Shown in pieces: positions 27,650 to 38,100 of a stretch of DNA of 64,000 nucleotides (position 1 is the first letter of the stretch; each line of letters opens with the position of its first letter). The notes under the pieces are model-generated. The model had not been told where the DNA came from. It ran no database searches and worked only from the letters and a program-made list of their open reading frames with translations. Made by a program: the position numbers and the translations under genes. This DNA is from Bacteroidales bacterium (lineage in GTDB: Bacteria > Bacteroidota > Bacteroidia > Bacteroidales > WCHB1-69). The stretch lies in contig JAFYNM010000004.1 in assembly GCA_017549765.1 (NCBI GenBank), positions 1,161-65,160 on the forward strand, read 5' to 3'.

Positions 27650-28906
27650 ATGTCAAATTCTACGATTTTTACACCATGTCAGATAGGACCGATCACGTTG
27701 CGCAATAGAACGATCCGTTCGGCGGCCTTTGAGAACATGGCATACGGAAACAAACCGTCTGAAGATTTGTTAAATTACCATAAAGCGGTGGCGAAAGGTG
27801 GCATCGGCATGACCACGGTGGCCTATGCTTCCGTCAGCCAGAGTGGCCTTTCCTTTGACGGTCAGCTGTGGTTGCGCGAGGAGATTGTGCCGGATTTGAA
27901 GGTCTTGACGGACGCCATCCATGCGGAGGGTGCCAAGGCTTCCATCCAGATCGGCCACTGTGGCAACATGACGCATCGTTCCACATGCGGTCAGAAACCG
28001 CTTTCCCCATCCGGTCGCTTCAACCTCTACTCTCCCACCTTTACCCGCAAGATCACCAAGGCGGAGATTTATGAGTTGGTGGAAGACTTTGGCAAGGCCA
28101 TCAATCTGTGTCGCCAGGCCGGTTTCGACTGTGTGGAGGTTCACGCAGGCCACGGTTATCTGATCAGCCAGTTCCTGTCTCCCTATACTAACCATCGGAA
28201 GGATGAGTTCGGTGGCTCTTTGGAGAACCGTATGCGCTTTATGAAGCTCGTGATTTCCAAGGTGATGGAAGAGGCCAAGGATGATATGGCCATTGTGGTG
28301 AAGACCAATATGTTTGACGGTTTTCGTAGTGGTATGCACGAAGATGAATGCATCAAGGTGGCCCAGGAGTTGGAAAAACTGGGTGTACATGCTTTGGTGC
28401 TGACCGCTGGTTTTGTGAGCAAGGCCCCGATGCATGTGATGCGCGGTGCCATGCCGTTGAAGACGCTTGCCTACTATATGGATGTCAAGAAGTTCTGGTG
28501 GCTCAAGATCGGTCTGCACTTGGGCGGGCGCCTCGTCATTCCGACGGTGCCTTACAAGGATGCCTATTTCTATGATACGGCCATGAAGTTCCGCCAGGCA
28601 CTCAAGATGCCGTTGATCTATGTTGGCGGTATGGTGAGAAAAGACGACATGGAGAAGGTGCTCGACTCCGGTTTTGTGGCCTTCCAGATGGCGCGTGCGG
28701 TCTTGCACGACCCTGACTTTGTCAACAAGCTGCAATCCGGCGAGGTGACCGTGAGTGGATGCAAACACTCCAACTATTGCATCGGACGTATGTACACCTT
28801 GGAGATGAAGTGTCACCAGTGCATGCAGAACAGCGAGCTTCCTGAGAAGTTGCGCAAGGAGATTGCCAAACAGGAAGCTGCCGTGGAGAAATCCAACAAA
28901 CGCTAG
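27650..28906 (+). CDS. NADH:flavin oxidoreductase, Old Yellow Enzyme family
   Basis: HAGHGYLISQFLSPYTNHRKDEFGGSLENRMRF. TIM-barrel FMN oxidoreductase pattern. Confidence 0.88.
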   Translation: MSNSTIFTPCQIGPITLRNRTIRSAAFENMAYGNKPSEDLLNYHKAVAKGGIGMTTVAYASVSQSGLSFDGQLWLREEIVPDLKVLTDAIHAEGAKASIQIGHCGNMTHRSTCGQKPLSPSGRFNLYSPTFTRKITKAEIYELVEDFGKAINLCRQAGFDCVEVHAGHGYLISQFLSPYTNHRKDEFGGSLENRMRFMKLVISKVMEEAKDDMAIVVKTNMFDGFRSGMHEDECIKVAQELEKLGVHALVLTAGFVSKAPMHVMRGAMPLKTLAYYMDVKKFWWLKIGLHLGGRLVIPTVPYKDAYFYDTAMKFRQALKMPLIYVGGMVRKDDMEKVLDSGFVAFQMARAVLHDPDFVNKLQSGEVTVSGCKHSNYCIGRMYTLEMKCHQCMQNSELPEKLRKEIAKQEAAVEKSNKR

Positions 28907-28930
28907 CTAATAGCTACAGCCAATAGCTAA
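28904..28930. repeat. period-7 array TAGCTAA type (4 units) containing both convergent stop codons
   Basis: tagctaa tagctac agccaa tagctaa. The plus-strand TAG at 28904 ends the oxidoreductase gene. The minus-strand TAG at 28927-28929 ends purD. Confidence 0.85.
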
Positions 28931-30186
28931 TTCTCGATAGCCTGCCAACCAATATCTTCTCGATAGAAGAGTTCGGGGCAGGCTATTTTGTGCACGCCCT
29001 CGTAGGCATCCTTTTGGGCTTCGGCCAGGTTTTTGCCTTTGCCGACCACGAAGAGCACGCGTCCGCCATTGGAGACGCACTCGCCGTCCTTCATCTTGGT
29101 GCCCATGTGGAAGATGGTTTGTGAAACCTGATCCAGGTTGTGGATGGGGAAGCCTTTGCCATATTTGCCGGGGTATCCCTTGGCAGCCATCACCACGCCG
29201 AGGAAGGCCTCTTCATAGAATTCAGGTGTCACGGGCTTGTGGGCCAGCAGGTCGAGGATATGTTGGATGAGGTCGCTTTTCATTTTCGGGAGCACCACTT
29301 CCGTCTCGGGGTCGCCGAAGCGGGCGTTGAACTCTATCACTTTAGGACCCTGCTTAGTCAGCATCAAGCCTCCGTAGAGGATGCCGGTGAAGGGGCAGCC
29401 TTCCGCCATCATGGCGTCAGCGGTGGCCAGCATGATATGCTTCACGGCCCAATCGATCTGTTCCTGCGGAATGACGGGCACGGGGCTGTAGGCGCCCATG
29501 CCGCCGGTGTTGGGACCTTTGTCGCCGTCGAAGGCGCGCTTGTGGTCCTGGGCGATGACCAACGGCACCACCTGGTGTTCGTTAACCAGCGTAAGCAATG
29601 AGAACTCTGGGCCCTGCAGAAACTCCTCCATCAGCACTTTGCCGTCTCCGAAGTTGTGGTCAAGCAGCATGTCGCGGAGGGCCTGGTCGGCCTCTTCTTC
29701 GGTCATGGCGACGACCACGCCCTTGCCGGCGGCGATGCCGTCGTATTTGATGACGATGGGTGCGCCCACCTCTTTCAGATAGGCGGCAGCCTCTTCATAC
29801 TGGTCGAAGATGCGGAAGGTGGCGGTAGGGATGTTGTATTTTATCATCAGATCTTTGGCGAACTGCTTGCTGCCCTCGATCCGGGCTGCCTTGGTGGTGG
29901 GGGCGAAGATGGTCAGGCCCGCCTCTTGGAAACGGTCGGCGATGCCGTTGATGAGGGCCGCCTCGGGACCCACGATGGTGAGGTCCACGGCGTGCTCGCG
30001 GGCGAAGGCCACCAGCGCGTCGGAGTCTTGTTCGTCAATGGGCACCAGCTCCACGGGCACATTCTGGATGGAGCGCATGCCGTCGTTGCCCGGGGCGATG
30101 TATAGGTGGGTAGTGAGAGGAGATTGAGCCGCTTTCCAAGCGATGGCGTGTTCACGGCCGCCACGACCGATGATTAATATGTTCAT
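28927..30186 (-). CDS. purD: phosphoribosylamine-glycine ligase
   Basis: 419 aa. MNILIIGRGGREHAIAWK, GPNTGGMGAYSP, EFNARFGDPE. Confidence 0.96.
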   Translation of the reverse strand: MNILIIGRGGREHAIAWKAAQSPLTTHLYIAPGNDGMRSIQNVPVELVPIDEQDSDALVAFAREHAVDLTIVGPEAALINGIADRFQEAGLTIFAPTTKAARIEGSKQFAKDLMIKYNIPTATFRIFDQYEEAAAYLKEVGAPIVIKYDGIAAGKGVVVAMTEEEADQALRDMLLDHNFGDGKVLMEEFLQGPEFSLLTLVNEHQVVPLVIAQDHKRAFDGDKGPNTGGMGAYSPVPVIPQEQIDWAVKHIMLATADAMMAEGCPFTGILYGGLMLTKQGPKVIEFNARFGDPETEVVLPKMKSDLIQHILDLLAHKPVTPEFYEEAFLGVVMAAKGYPGKYGKGFPIHNLDQVSQTIFHMGTKMKDGECVSNGGRVLFVVGKGKNLAEAQKDAYEGVHKIACPELFYREDIGWQAIEN

Positions 30187-31550
30187 TCTTTTTTGGTTAG
30201 TTTGTATCCATTATAACGATCCATCACCTCCTGCACGTAGTTGACTGTGTGCTTGCCCGGATAATAGCCGCACTTGACATCCGGATCGCTGTAATAATCT
30301 TTATGTGATTTCAAGAGGAGATATTCTTTAACAGAATCCCAATGCTCAGGATCACCCTCATATTTCCTGCAGAGGGTGATGGCATCGAGGATGTGGCCAG
30401 GACCGGAATTGTAGGAGCCAGCCACAAAATAGTAGATCTCCGAGGTGTCCACCTTGTCTTTGAAGATATTGTAGAGGAAACGGATATATTTCACACCGGC
30501 CCAAATCTGCTCCTCCACGGTGGAGGTGTCGTTGAGCCCGTACCGTTCGTAGGTGACAGGCATCATCTGCATAATGCCGTAACTGCCGCCCATGCCCAAC
30601 ACGTCGGTGCAGAAGTGGGATTCCTGGTAGATGATGGAAGAGACAAACCGCCAGTCGAGCTCGTGACGCTTGCTGGCCGCTTGGATGCACTTGTCATAGG
30701 TGGAGATATTGTCGCGTTTCTGTCCGAACGAGTTGTTGATAATCTGTGAATGCTCTGACAGATACCGGAGGCACATCTTTTTGTAGAATTTGGTCTCCTT
30801 CATATTTGTCAGCCACAAGTTGATGGAGTCATTCAACGTGACATTTCTGGGGTCGAGGACCCAGTTGCGGGGGAAGTCTTCGCCTATGCGCGGGCCCATG
30901 ACCAGATTTTTGTAGAAGGGCAGCAGGGTGATGGCGATGTTGTGGTTGCACACCACATAGTCGATGAGCGTATCTTCCAACATTTCTATCAAGTCCTCCA
31001 CTGTCTTGTCAGGATGATCTTCCTGGCGCCACGTTGAAGGCATCTGCAACTTGCTGAAGTCCAGTTTCTGGTTGTATTGTGCGGGAGCATGCGCAATATG
31101 GGTGCCGGAACTGTCAAACTCCATCTTTTTCCGCATCAGCAGGATGGGGTAGGTGAAGGAGTGCGGTTCTGAAAGCGTCAGATACATCGGGGAGAAAAAA
31201 TTCTTGTCGAAGTCGAAGCTGATGATATCATACTGGTTACCGAACGACTTCATCATCATGCTGTCGGGGTCCGCCTCAATAGAGATGTCCACCTGCATAT
31301 TGAAGTCTTTGGCCATCTGTTTGATCATATCATACTGAAAACCAATCACTTGACCATGATATACAAAATAATCGGCCGCATGATAGAAAATCAAAGCCTT
31401 GAGGGTGTCGCTATGATGGTAGGCTTTTTTCTCGTGTTTAATGATGTTAGAGATAGGAGTATAGTCGATTCTTCCGCGAAGAAACAACGAACCCAATAGA
31501 ATCACGGTGGCGGTAATGAATGCTATTTCACCGATAATTTTTTTCTTCAA
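30183..31550 (-). CDS. membrane-bound lytic murein transglycosylase (MltF-like: solute-binding-like domain plus SLT domain)
   Basis: N-terminal TM helix. SLT catalytic region IIYQESHFCTDVLGMGGSYGIMQMMP and AGSYNSGPGH. The stop overlaps the purD start (ATGA). Confidence 0.82.
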   Translation of the reverse strand: MKKKIIGEIAFITATVILLGSLFLRGRIDYTPISNIIKHEKKAYHHSDTLKALIFYHAADYFVYHGQVIGFQYDMIKQMAKDFNMQVDISIEADPDSMMMKSFGNQYDIISFDFDKNFFSPMYLTLSEPHSFTYPILLMRKKMEFDSSGTHIAHAPAQYNQKLDFSKLQMPSTWRQEDHPDKTVEDLIEMLEDTLIDYVVCNHNIAITLLPFYKNLVMGPRIGEDFPRNWVLDPRNVTLNDSINLWLTNMKETKFYKKMCLRYLSEHSQIINNSFGQKRDNISTYDKCIQAASKRHELDWRFVSSIIYQESHFCTDVLGMGGSYGIMQMMPVTYERYGLNDTSTVEEQIWAGVKYIRFLYNIFKDKVDTSEIYYFVAGSYNSGPGHILDAITLCRKYEGDPEHWDSVKEYLLLKSHKDYYSDPDVKCGYYPGKHTVNYVQEVMDRYNGYKLTKKE

Positions 31551-31631
31551 AACATAGAATTTAGTATTCGGTCATCAATCTGATCGGTATAGAGAGATGG
31601 CAGCGGGGGAAGTGAGTATGAGTGAATAGTA

Positions 31632-32033
31632 TTAATACGTTCTGACCATCAGGATGGTCTTGGAGGTGGTTTCGCCGTCGTTGACTTGTACTTGGGCGGC
31701 ACCGGTGTAATATTTGACGTCCGAGATATTCCCTTCTTCGTCGTAGGTGGTGTCAGCCTTGGAGGCTACCACATCGAGGAGAGCGGGGTAGGGGAATACA
31801 TGCTCAAACACACCGTTGCTGTTGGTATAGCCGTCGGCGCGTGCATAGTCAGCATATTCAGGTTTGCCAACGACGATATGCACTTTGGGGCAGACGGCGC
31901 CGGTGTCGATGCCATTATCGGAGTAATAGCACTCGATGTGCATGGTGCAGTCGTGGTTTTTTTTGCATTGCGAGAATGCAAAGATCAAGATGCCAGCTAC
32001 CAAGATTGGTATGATAAAACGAATCTTTTTCAT
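31632..32033 (-). CDS. hypothetical lipoprotein (133 aa)
   Basis: Lipobox IFAFSQC. Has its own -7 box. Sits immediately downstream of sprA. Confidence 0.6.
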   Translation of the reverse strand: MKKIRFIIPILVAGILIFAFSQCKKNHDCTMHIECYYSDNGIDTGAVCPKVHIVVGKPEYADYARADGYTNSNGVFEHVFPYPALLDVVASKADTTYDEEGNISDVKYYTGAAQVQVNDGETTSKTILMVRTY

Positions 32034-32054
32034 AGTATGTTATTTTTCAAGGTG

Positions 32055-32062
32055 CAAAAATA
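32055..32062 (-). promoter_or_regulatory. -7 box TATTTTTG
   Basis: Plus strand reads caaaaata. Lies 22 nt upstream of the ATG at 32033. Confidence 0.45.
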
Positions 32063-32139
32063 ATAAAATCTTATAGTGTTGTATCATAAAAAAATACAAT
32101 TTTTCAATAGCGCCATGTCAAAAACTGTTGGCAGACGTA

Positions 32140-35100
32140 CTATTGAGAGAGCATGAGGCGGAGGGCGATACCGGTCTCGAAGTTCATGGAGTTGTAGATA
32201 TTCTGAACTTTCGGGCGGTTGATGGTCTGGTCGTAGTAGAATTTGATGCCGACCATTTGGCTGAACTGGTATTCGGCGGCCACGTTGATGGTAGCGGTCA
32301 GTGCACCGGAGGTCACTTGGTCTTGGACCTCTTGGATCTTGCGCAGTTGTGTTTGATTGCTTTTGATTCCGACGCCGGCGGTCACATTCAAGTCGCTGAC
32401 GAACTGACGTTTCTGGCCTGCGAAGATCAGTCCGATTTTCAGATCTTTGAAACGATAGCCGCCGGAGACGGCCAGCTCATAGCTGGAGGTCTCTGTGATT
32501 TGGTTGTTGGTGAAGCTCAGGGCCACATTGCGGGACTGTTTGTATTCCACCTTGAGCAGCAAGCTGTTGCGCAGAGTCATGTCGAATCCGATAAGAGGGC
32601 CGAACTGTTCTGACATGGCAATCTGGTTGAGTTCCTCTCTGGGGATGAAGTCTCCCAGGGTGTTGAGCGCTCCACCGTCTTCCGTGTAGGCCAGGTTGGT
32701 GGTGAATCCACCGATCTGGTAGGTACAGGTGTAGCTATGGGCGATGGAGAGGCTTTGGAATACCTTGTCGATGCCTTTGATCTTGGAGAATCCGTTGTAG
32801 GTGAGGCGCCAGTTGGGCAGCGGAATTTTCAAGAAAGGACTGGAGATGTCCATATTCTCAGCATCCTTGCCCATATAGGCGGAGAAGAAAGCGCCCATGA
32901 GAACTTCTTGGGCCACTTCGCTATAGCCCTCCGGGAAGCCCGTCTCGGGATTCACCTCGCCTGTGTAGTTAGGATTGGCCTCTGCCAGTCGGTTGGCAAT
33001 CACCATGCGGACGTTGCGGAAGTTGTCAAACAACTCGTTATAGTCTTTGAAGAAGGTTCTCAGGCCGCAATAGGTCATGCTGAAAGAGCCGTTGCGTTGC
33101 GGTGTGTAGTGATAGAGCGTGCCGGCCTCGTCCACATGGAAATATTCGGAGTAGTTTTCGGTATATCTCCGGGTGGCGGACACCTCGATACGGAAGTCTC
33201 TGAACGGCTCGATGGTGGCTCGCAGGTTGAGGTTCTCGTTACGTGTGCGCATATAGGCGCTGTTCATCAGGGAGTCGGTGGTGAGCCAGTGGTTTCTGGC
33301 ACCGATAGCCTGCACGTCAGGTTGGCCGCCGAAGACGAAGAGGAATCCAGGGGATGAGTTGTGAAGATCGATACCGAAAAGCTTGGGGGTGCCCATATAT
33401 CCTGGCAGGGTCGTACCGGCGCCGCGCGTGTAGTTGGCGGAGACGTTACGAACCATCATGAAGAAACGAAGAGTACCATCCAGGATAATCTTTCCGTAGT
33501 TGGGCTTCTCTTTCAGGGAATCTTGAGCCTGGGCAGTTTCAGCCTCTTCCTTGTCGCCTTTCTTTGTTTGGTTGCGGTCTTTTGTAAGATTGCTGGGCTT
33601 CTGCGGCTTCCGGTTCCCTTGGTTGACCTTCTTCAGATAGGGGATGTTGTTGTACAAGGTCACCATGTTCATATTGACATTGCCTTGGATGTTGTTGGAG
33701 TTCTGAATGGTATTACCCAGATAGGCCAGCGATAGTGCGGAGGCGTTAAACTGGTAGGTGGACTGATACCGGACGTTGGCGTTGACCCAGTTGAAGAGCG
33801 GTATCTTGTTGATAGGCAATTGATAGGTCCCACTGAAGGTCTGTCGGTAATCGGTGGTACGGCCGCCGCGTCCCATATTATGCCAGATGGAGTCTTTTTC
33901 CAAGCGGGTGTCGATCAAGCCGTCGGGCTCGTCGATGCGGGCGGAGGCATCGGCACGGAAATCCAGTTTCAAGCTCTGGAAAATATCCCAGCTGAGGGCA
34001 TAGTTGCGGGTCCAGTCGAAGGATTTCACGAAACTGGTATCCACAATGATGTTGCCCTGGCTCTTAGGTCTGTATTTGAATGCCTGCAACTCGCGGCGCA
34101 TGGAGGTGCGGATCACGACATTCTTCGGCATCGGGGTGATGTTGATATCGCGGATCAGCTGCAGCCACTTGTTGCGCGTCCATTTCATCTTGCTGAACGG
34201 ACGGAAGTTCTTGGGGTTGGTGCTGAAGGTGTAGCCGATCTCTCCGTTGTGGGTGTATTCGTTGTTCATCTCCAGATCCGCGTCGCGTTGGATCAACTCG
34301 GAATAGGAGTAGGAGAGGTCGAAGTTCTCAATGTCCCATGGGTGCATCTTGGTGGATCCCTTGTCGAAGCTACGCTCCTTTCGGACGTTCATCAGGTTGA
34401 TGTTTTGTCGTTGGGTGAAGGCGGTGGAGAGGCGTCGGAGGGAGTCGCGCTCTTCGATGGTCTCACACATGGCCAGATCGTCTTTCAGCTTCACATCGGG
34501 ATTCAGCGGGTTGTACTCCGGCATGGCCATACCCATGGAGTAGTCGTAATGGAACGGGATCTTGATGTTCCATTTCTCCGGGAAGAAGAGCTTGCCGCCA
34601 TCGATATTGGTGGCGACATCCAAGTTGATGTTTGTCTCGTTGGAGCGTTCGGTGACCGATTGTTCGATATTGCCGAAGCCGGGGGTGGAATAGGTCCCCG
34701 AGACAGTCAAGTCACCCACATCGGCAATGTTCATACGGGCGCGCAGCAGGGCGGCGAAACCCTGTTTGTCGTCAAAGCCGACCAGGCGCAACTCGTTCAC
34801 CCAGACCTCCACGGACTTGGGCTCCATGTCGTCATTATCCAAGAGACTTTGTTTCTTCGGATTCCGGATACCAATCATAATGGTGGTCACATCACCCAGG
34901 TTGGGGTTGCCGACGATGGTCATCCGGTTACCGCCGTCCAGATATTTGGTGTAGGGAATCAGATTGCTGGAGATAGCCCCGTGTCTGACTGCCAGGTTGC
35001 GTTCCATCTTCAAGGCGACCAAGGAGTCGAGATAGACCACCATGTTGTTGGCGGCGGGCCAGATGGCGAAAGTGTCCTTGCCCACACCCCAAGGGGTGAT

Positions 35101-38100
35101 CTCTGCCGGGATCTCATATTCGTAATAGTTGTCGGTGAAGTCGGAACCCATACGGATAAAGACGGTCACGTCGCCCTTCTGGATGTCGTTGGAACTCACC
35201 ACAGACTCGGCGTGGATGGACATCTGGACGGTCTTGAAGTTGCGCAGGTCGTAGGCTGTACGTTTGTACACGGCACGGGCATCGCCATCCACCAGATCCA
35301 CAGCCTTCATAGTCAGAGACTGCTCGTTGATCTGATACGTGGTCAAGCCGGAGATGGTCTCGCGCTCGATGCCAGGAGGCAACACGTAGGGGATGGGCGT
35401 TCTGTTGGAGTTTTCCTCATAGCTGACCGTTCCCACATAGAAGGAGCCTTCACCATCTCCTTGGGTGGGCGTGTAGTCACCCTCCTCCTGCAACCCCAGG
35501 TTGTAAGTACGCCAGTCGCTGCGTACCAGCTCGAAGGTGGCGAAACGGCAGACGATCGGCTCCTCGAAACCACGCAAGAACATACGCAGGAAACGGATGG
35601 AGTTGAAACCGGAGATGTTGTTGACCACCTTGTCGGGGTTGTGGATCGGGATACGGAACTGATACCACTTGGTAGTCAGACGCTCACCATTAGGCAGCGG
35701 GGAGGAGACGGCCTCATATACATCGTTGATGTAGTTTTCACCCACCACCATGTGCTGAGGATCCAGATTGATGACGTATTGGTAGTATTTCTCGTCTTCG
35801 CTAAGCGTGTTGTCGTTGTTCATGTCCTCCAGGTTCGGAATCACGGAAGCGGAGGTGGGATAGCTCTCGGGACTCTGGCTGTCCGTGGGGGAGTTGCCGT
35901 CGGAGTTATTGTAATATTTGTAACGCTCGATCAGCTTGACATCGTTGTTGTCATAGTCCGTGCCTCTGAAGTAATGGTAGTTGTCGTTAGAAGGGTCGTT
36001 GAAGGCCTTGATGTATGCACCGGAGGTGGTTCCGTATTGATTGGCGATGAGCTGCAGATAGTTGTCGTTGAAATAGCTTTGCTCACGTTCGTCAGACAAA
36101 CCGTCATAGCCGACATCCTGATTAGGACGGGAGGACATCTCCAGATCGAAGGCGTTGACGATCTGTTGTACGGTGGGCACGCGACCCCAGACGGTGAATT
36201 CGATGTTCTCATCGCTGCCGTCAGCGGGCAGTCCGCTTTCGAAGGACTTCATGCCGTCCCTCAAGATATCCTCGGAGATATCACCCAGGTTGAAGTAGAG
36301 CTTACCGCCAGAGTGGGTTTCATTGTTGATAAAGGGATCCATCAACCAGAATTCGATGTATTCGTAGTTGGAGGATTCAAAGTCTGTATTGTCGAATTTA
36401 CGCATGATACCAGCCCAACGGGAAGCCGGGTCACGCAGGCTACCATCTTCGGTGATACCATGGGAGTAGCCCTCACTACCGCTGACGTCATAGTTGTAAG
36501 GACCTTTTTCGCTGGGATAATAGGCCAGGTTGAAGACGGGCATGTAGGTGGAGATAGTGGTTCCGTCGTGCTCCTTGTAAGGGAACAATTCCGGTTCATA
36601 GACTGCACGGCTGTAAGGCTCGGAGAGATCATCAACCGTCAGGTTGGACGGGGTGGCTGAGTTGCCGTTGTAGAAGACGGATTGGTCGATGATGTACCAG
36701 GAGAGGTGGGCTCTGTTGTAACCGTATGCCAGTTGTTTACGGACATTGTCGGTGATAGAGGTCGCGCCGGCCTCGGGGAACAGGTCAGGCTGTCCTTGTG
36801 GCGTGGAGGCCAGCACCCAATTGGCGAAGGTGTTCAAATCGATGGTCGTCTTGGCGGCCTCGAAATTGTCGATATAGGTGATGCCCTGCTTGCCGATGGC
36901 GCGGGAGTGTCCTGGCACAAAATGTGCGAACTCACCCTCCAGGTTCAGGAACGACTGGGTGGAGGTGCTGTGGAAGGAGAGCAGATCAACGGCCTTGGTG
37001 ACAAAGGGGAGCTCCGCCTTGTAAGCGAAGTTCATGCCCCAGATGAAGTTGTTGATAGGCTCGTCGCCATAGTTGACCTTGTTGGTGAAGGGACGTTCAC
37101 GCAGGTTCATCAAGGTGGCACCGATGTTGAAGTTGGGGGAGAAGGTGTAGTCGAGGTTGGCACCAAAGAGATACTGGTCTGTGCCGTACTCATCCTCAGG
37201 CTCCCAAGAGACGTTGATGGGGGTTCCGGAATTGAGGTATCCCTGGTTGATGATGGAGACGGTACCCATGTCGTAGTTGACGGTATAGTCCACATTCTCC
37301 TGCAGGGTGATACCGCCGGCTGTGACCTTGACGGAGCCCTTGGCCACGTTGGTGGTCGGGATGCGGAACTCGGAACCGTAAGAGGAACGGTAGGAACCTT
37401 CAATATAGAACTTATTCTTGTTGGTAATCTGCTGCGCCATGGTTTTGGTCATGGTGTACAACGAGTCGAAGGCATACTTTTCGGCCAGCTCGGGCTCGGT
37501 GATGACAGCGCGCAGGTCTTTGCCAAAAGGTTCTATGGTCGGGAAATAGATACGTCCGTTGTTGGAGTTGATGGTACCACCGATGGTGGCTGCATTGTCG
37601 ATGAAGTCGAAGATGCCATCCGGGTTGGGATCCTGTTGTTGGTTCAAACGGTCGAGACCCAGCAGGCGGATGAGCGGGATGCCCTTCTCGGAACCCTGGG
37701 TGAAGAAGCCGTTGGGCACGCCTTCGGAATCTCCCGTGTATAATACGTTCAAACGGAACTTCTCGTTGGAGACTTGGTAGGCGGAGAGGCTGTACACGTT
37801 CTTCATCATCAATTTCCAAAGAGGAGACCGGGTGTTGATATTACTGCTCTTCAACAATTTGACACGGATACAGTTGGGGGCGGTGACCTCATTGGAGAAC
37901 TCACCCACCTGATAGACCTTGTCGTCGCCGATGACGGTATATTGGAAAGCGACAGCCAACACCTGGTCGGCACTCAGGGCGGAGTTCAGGGAGATGAAGC
38001 CTAATTTGGTGTTGACGGTGTATTCACTGGGCGAGAGCAGGCGGGCACTCTCCAGTTTCTCGTAGTTCTTGCCGGAATTCATGCCGATAGAGTGCATGTT

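Noticed and set aside
31611-31631. A possible additional period-7 array (gtgagta tgagtga atagtat) next to the stop codon of the sprA-adjacent lipoprotein gene.
   Set aside because: It has only three degenerate units with a different word. It cannot be distinguished from chance by eye.
33820-36660. A 946-aa ORF on the plus strand inside sprA. Similar long antisense ORFs include 1598..2716, 2879..4387, 6156..6872, 7617..8366, 18912..20144, 23645..24913, 24979..25866, 27770..28816, 36682..37743 and 38368..39363.
   Set aside because: All lie exactly antisense to well-supported genes. Their composition is V/G/D/H/L-rich and low in complexity, and they have no promoter box or recognisable motif. 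They are explained by the sense strand avoiding the codons TTA, CTA and TCA, so no stops arise on the opposite strand.
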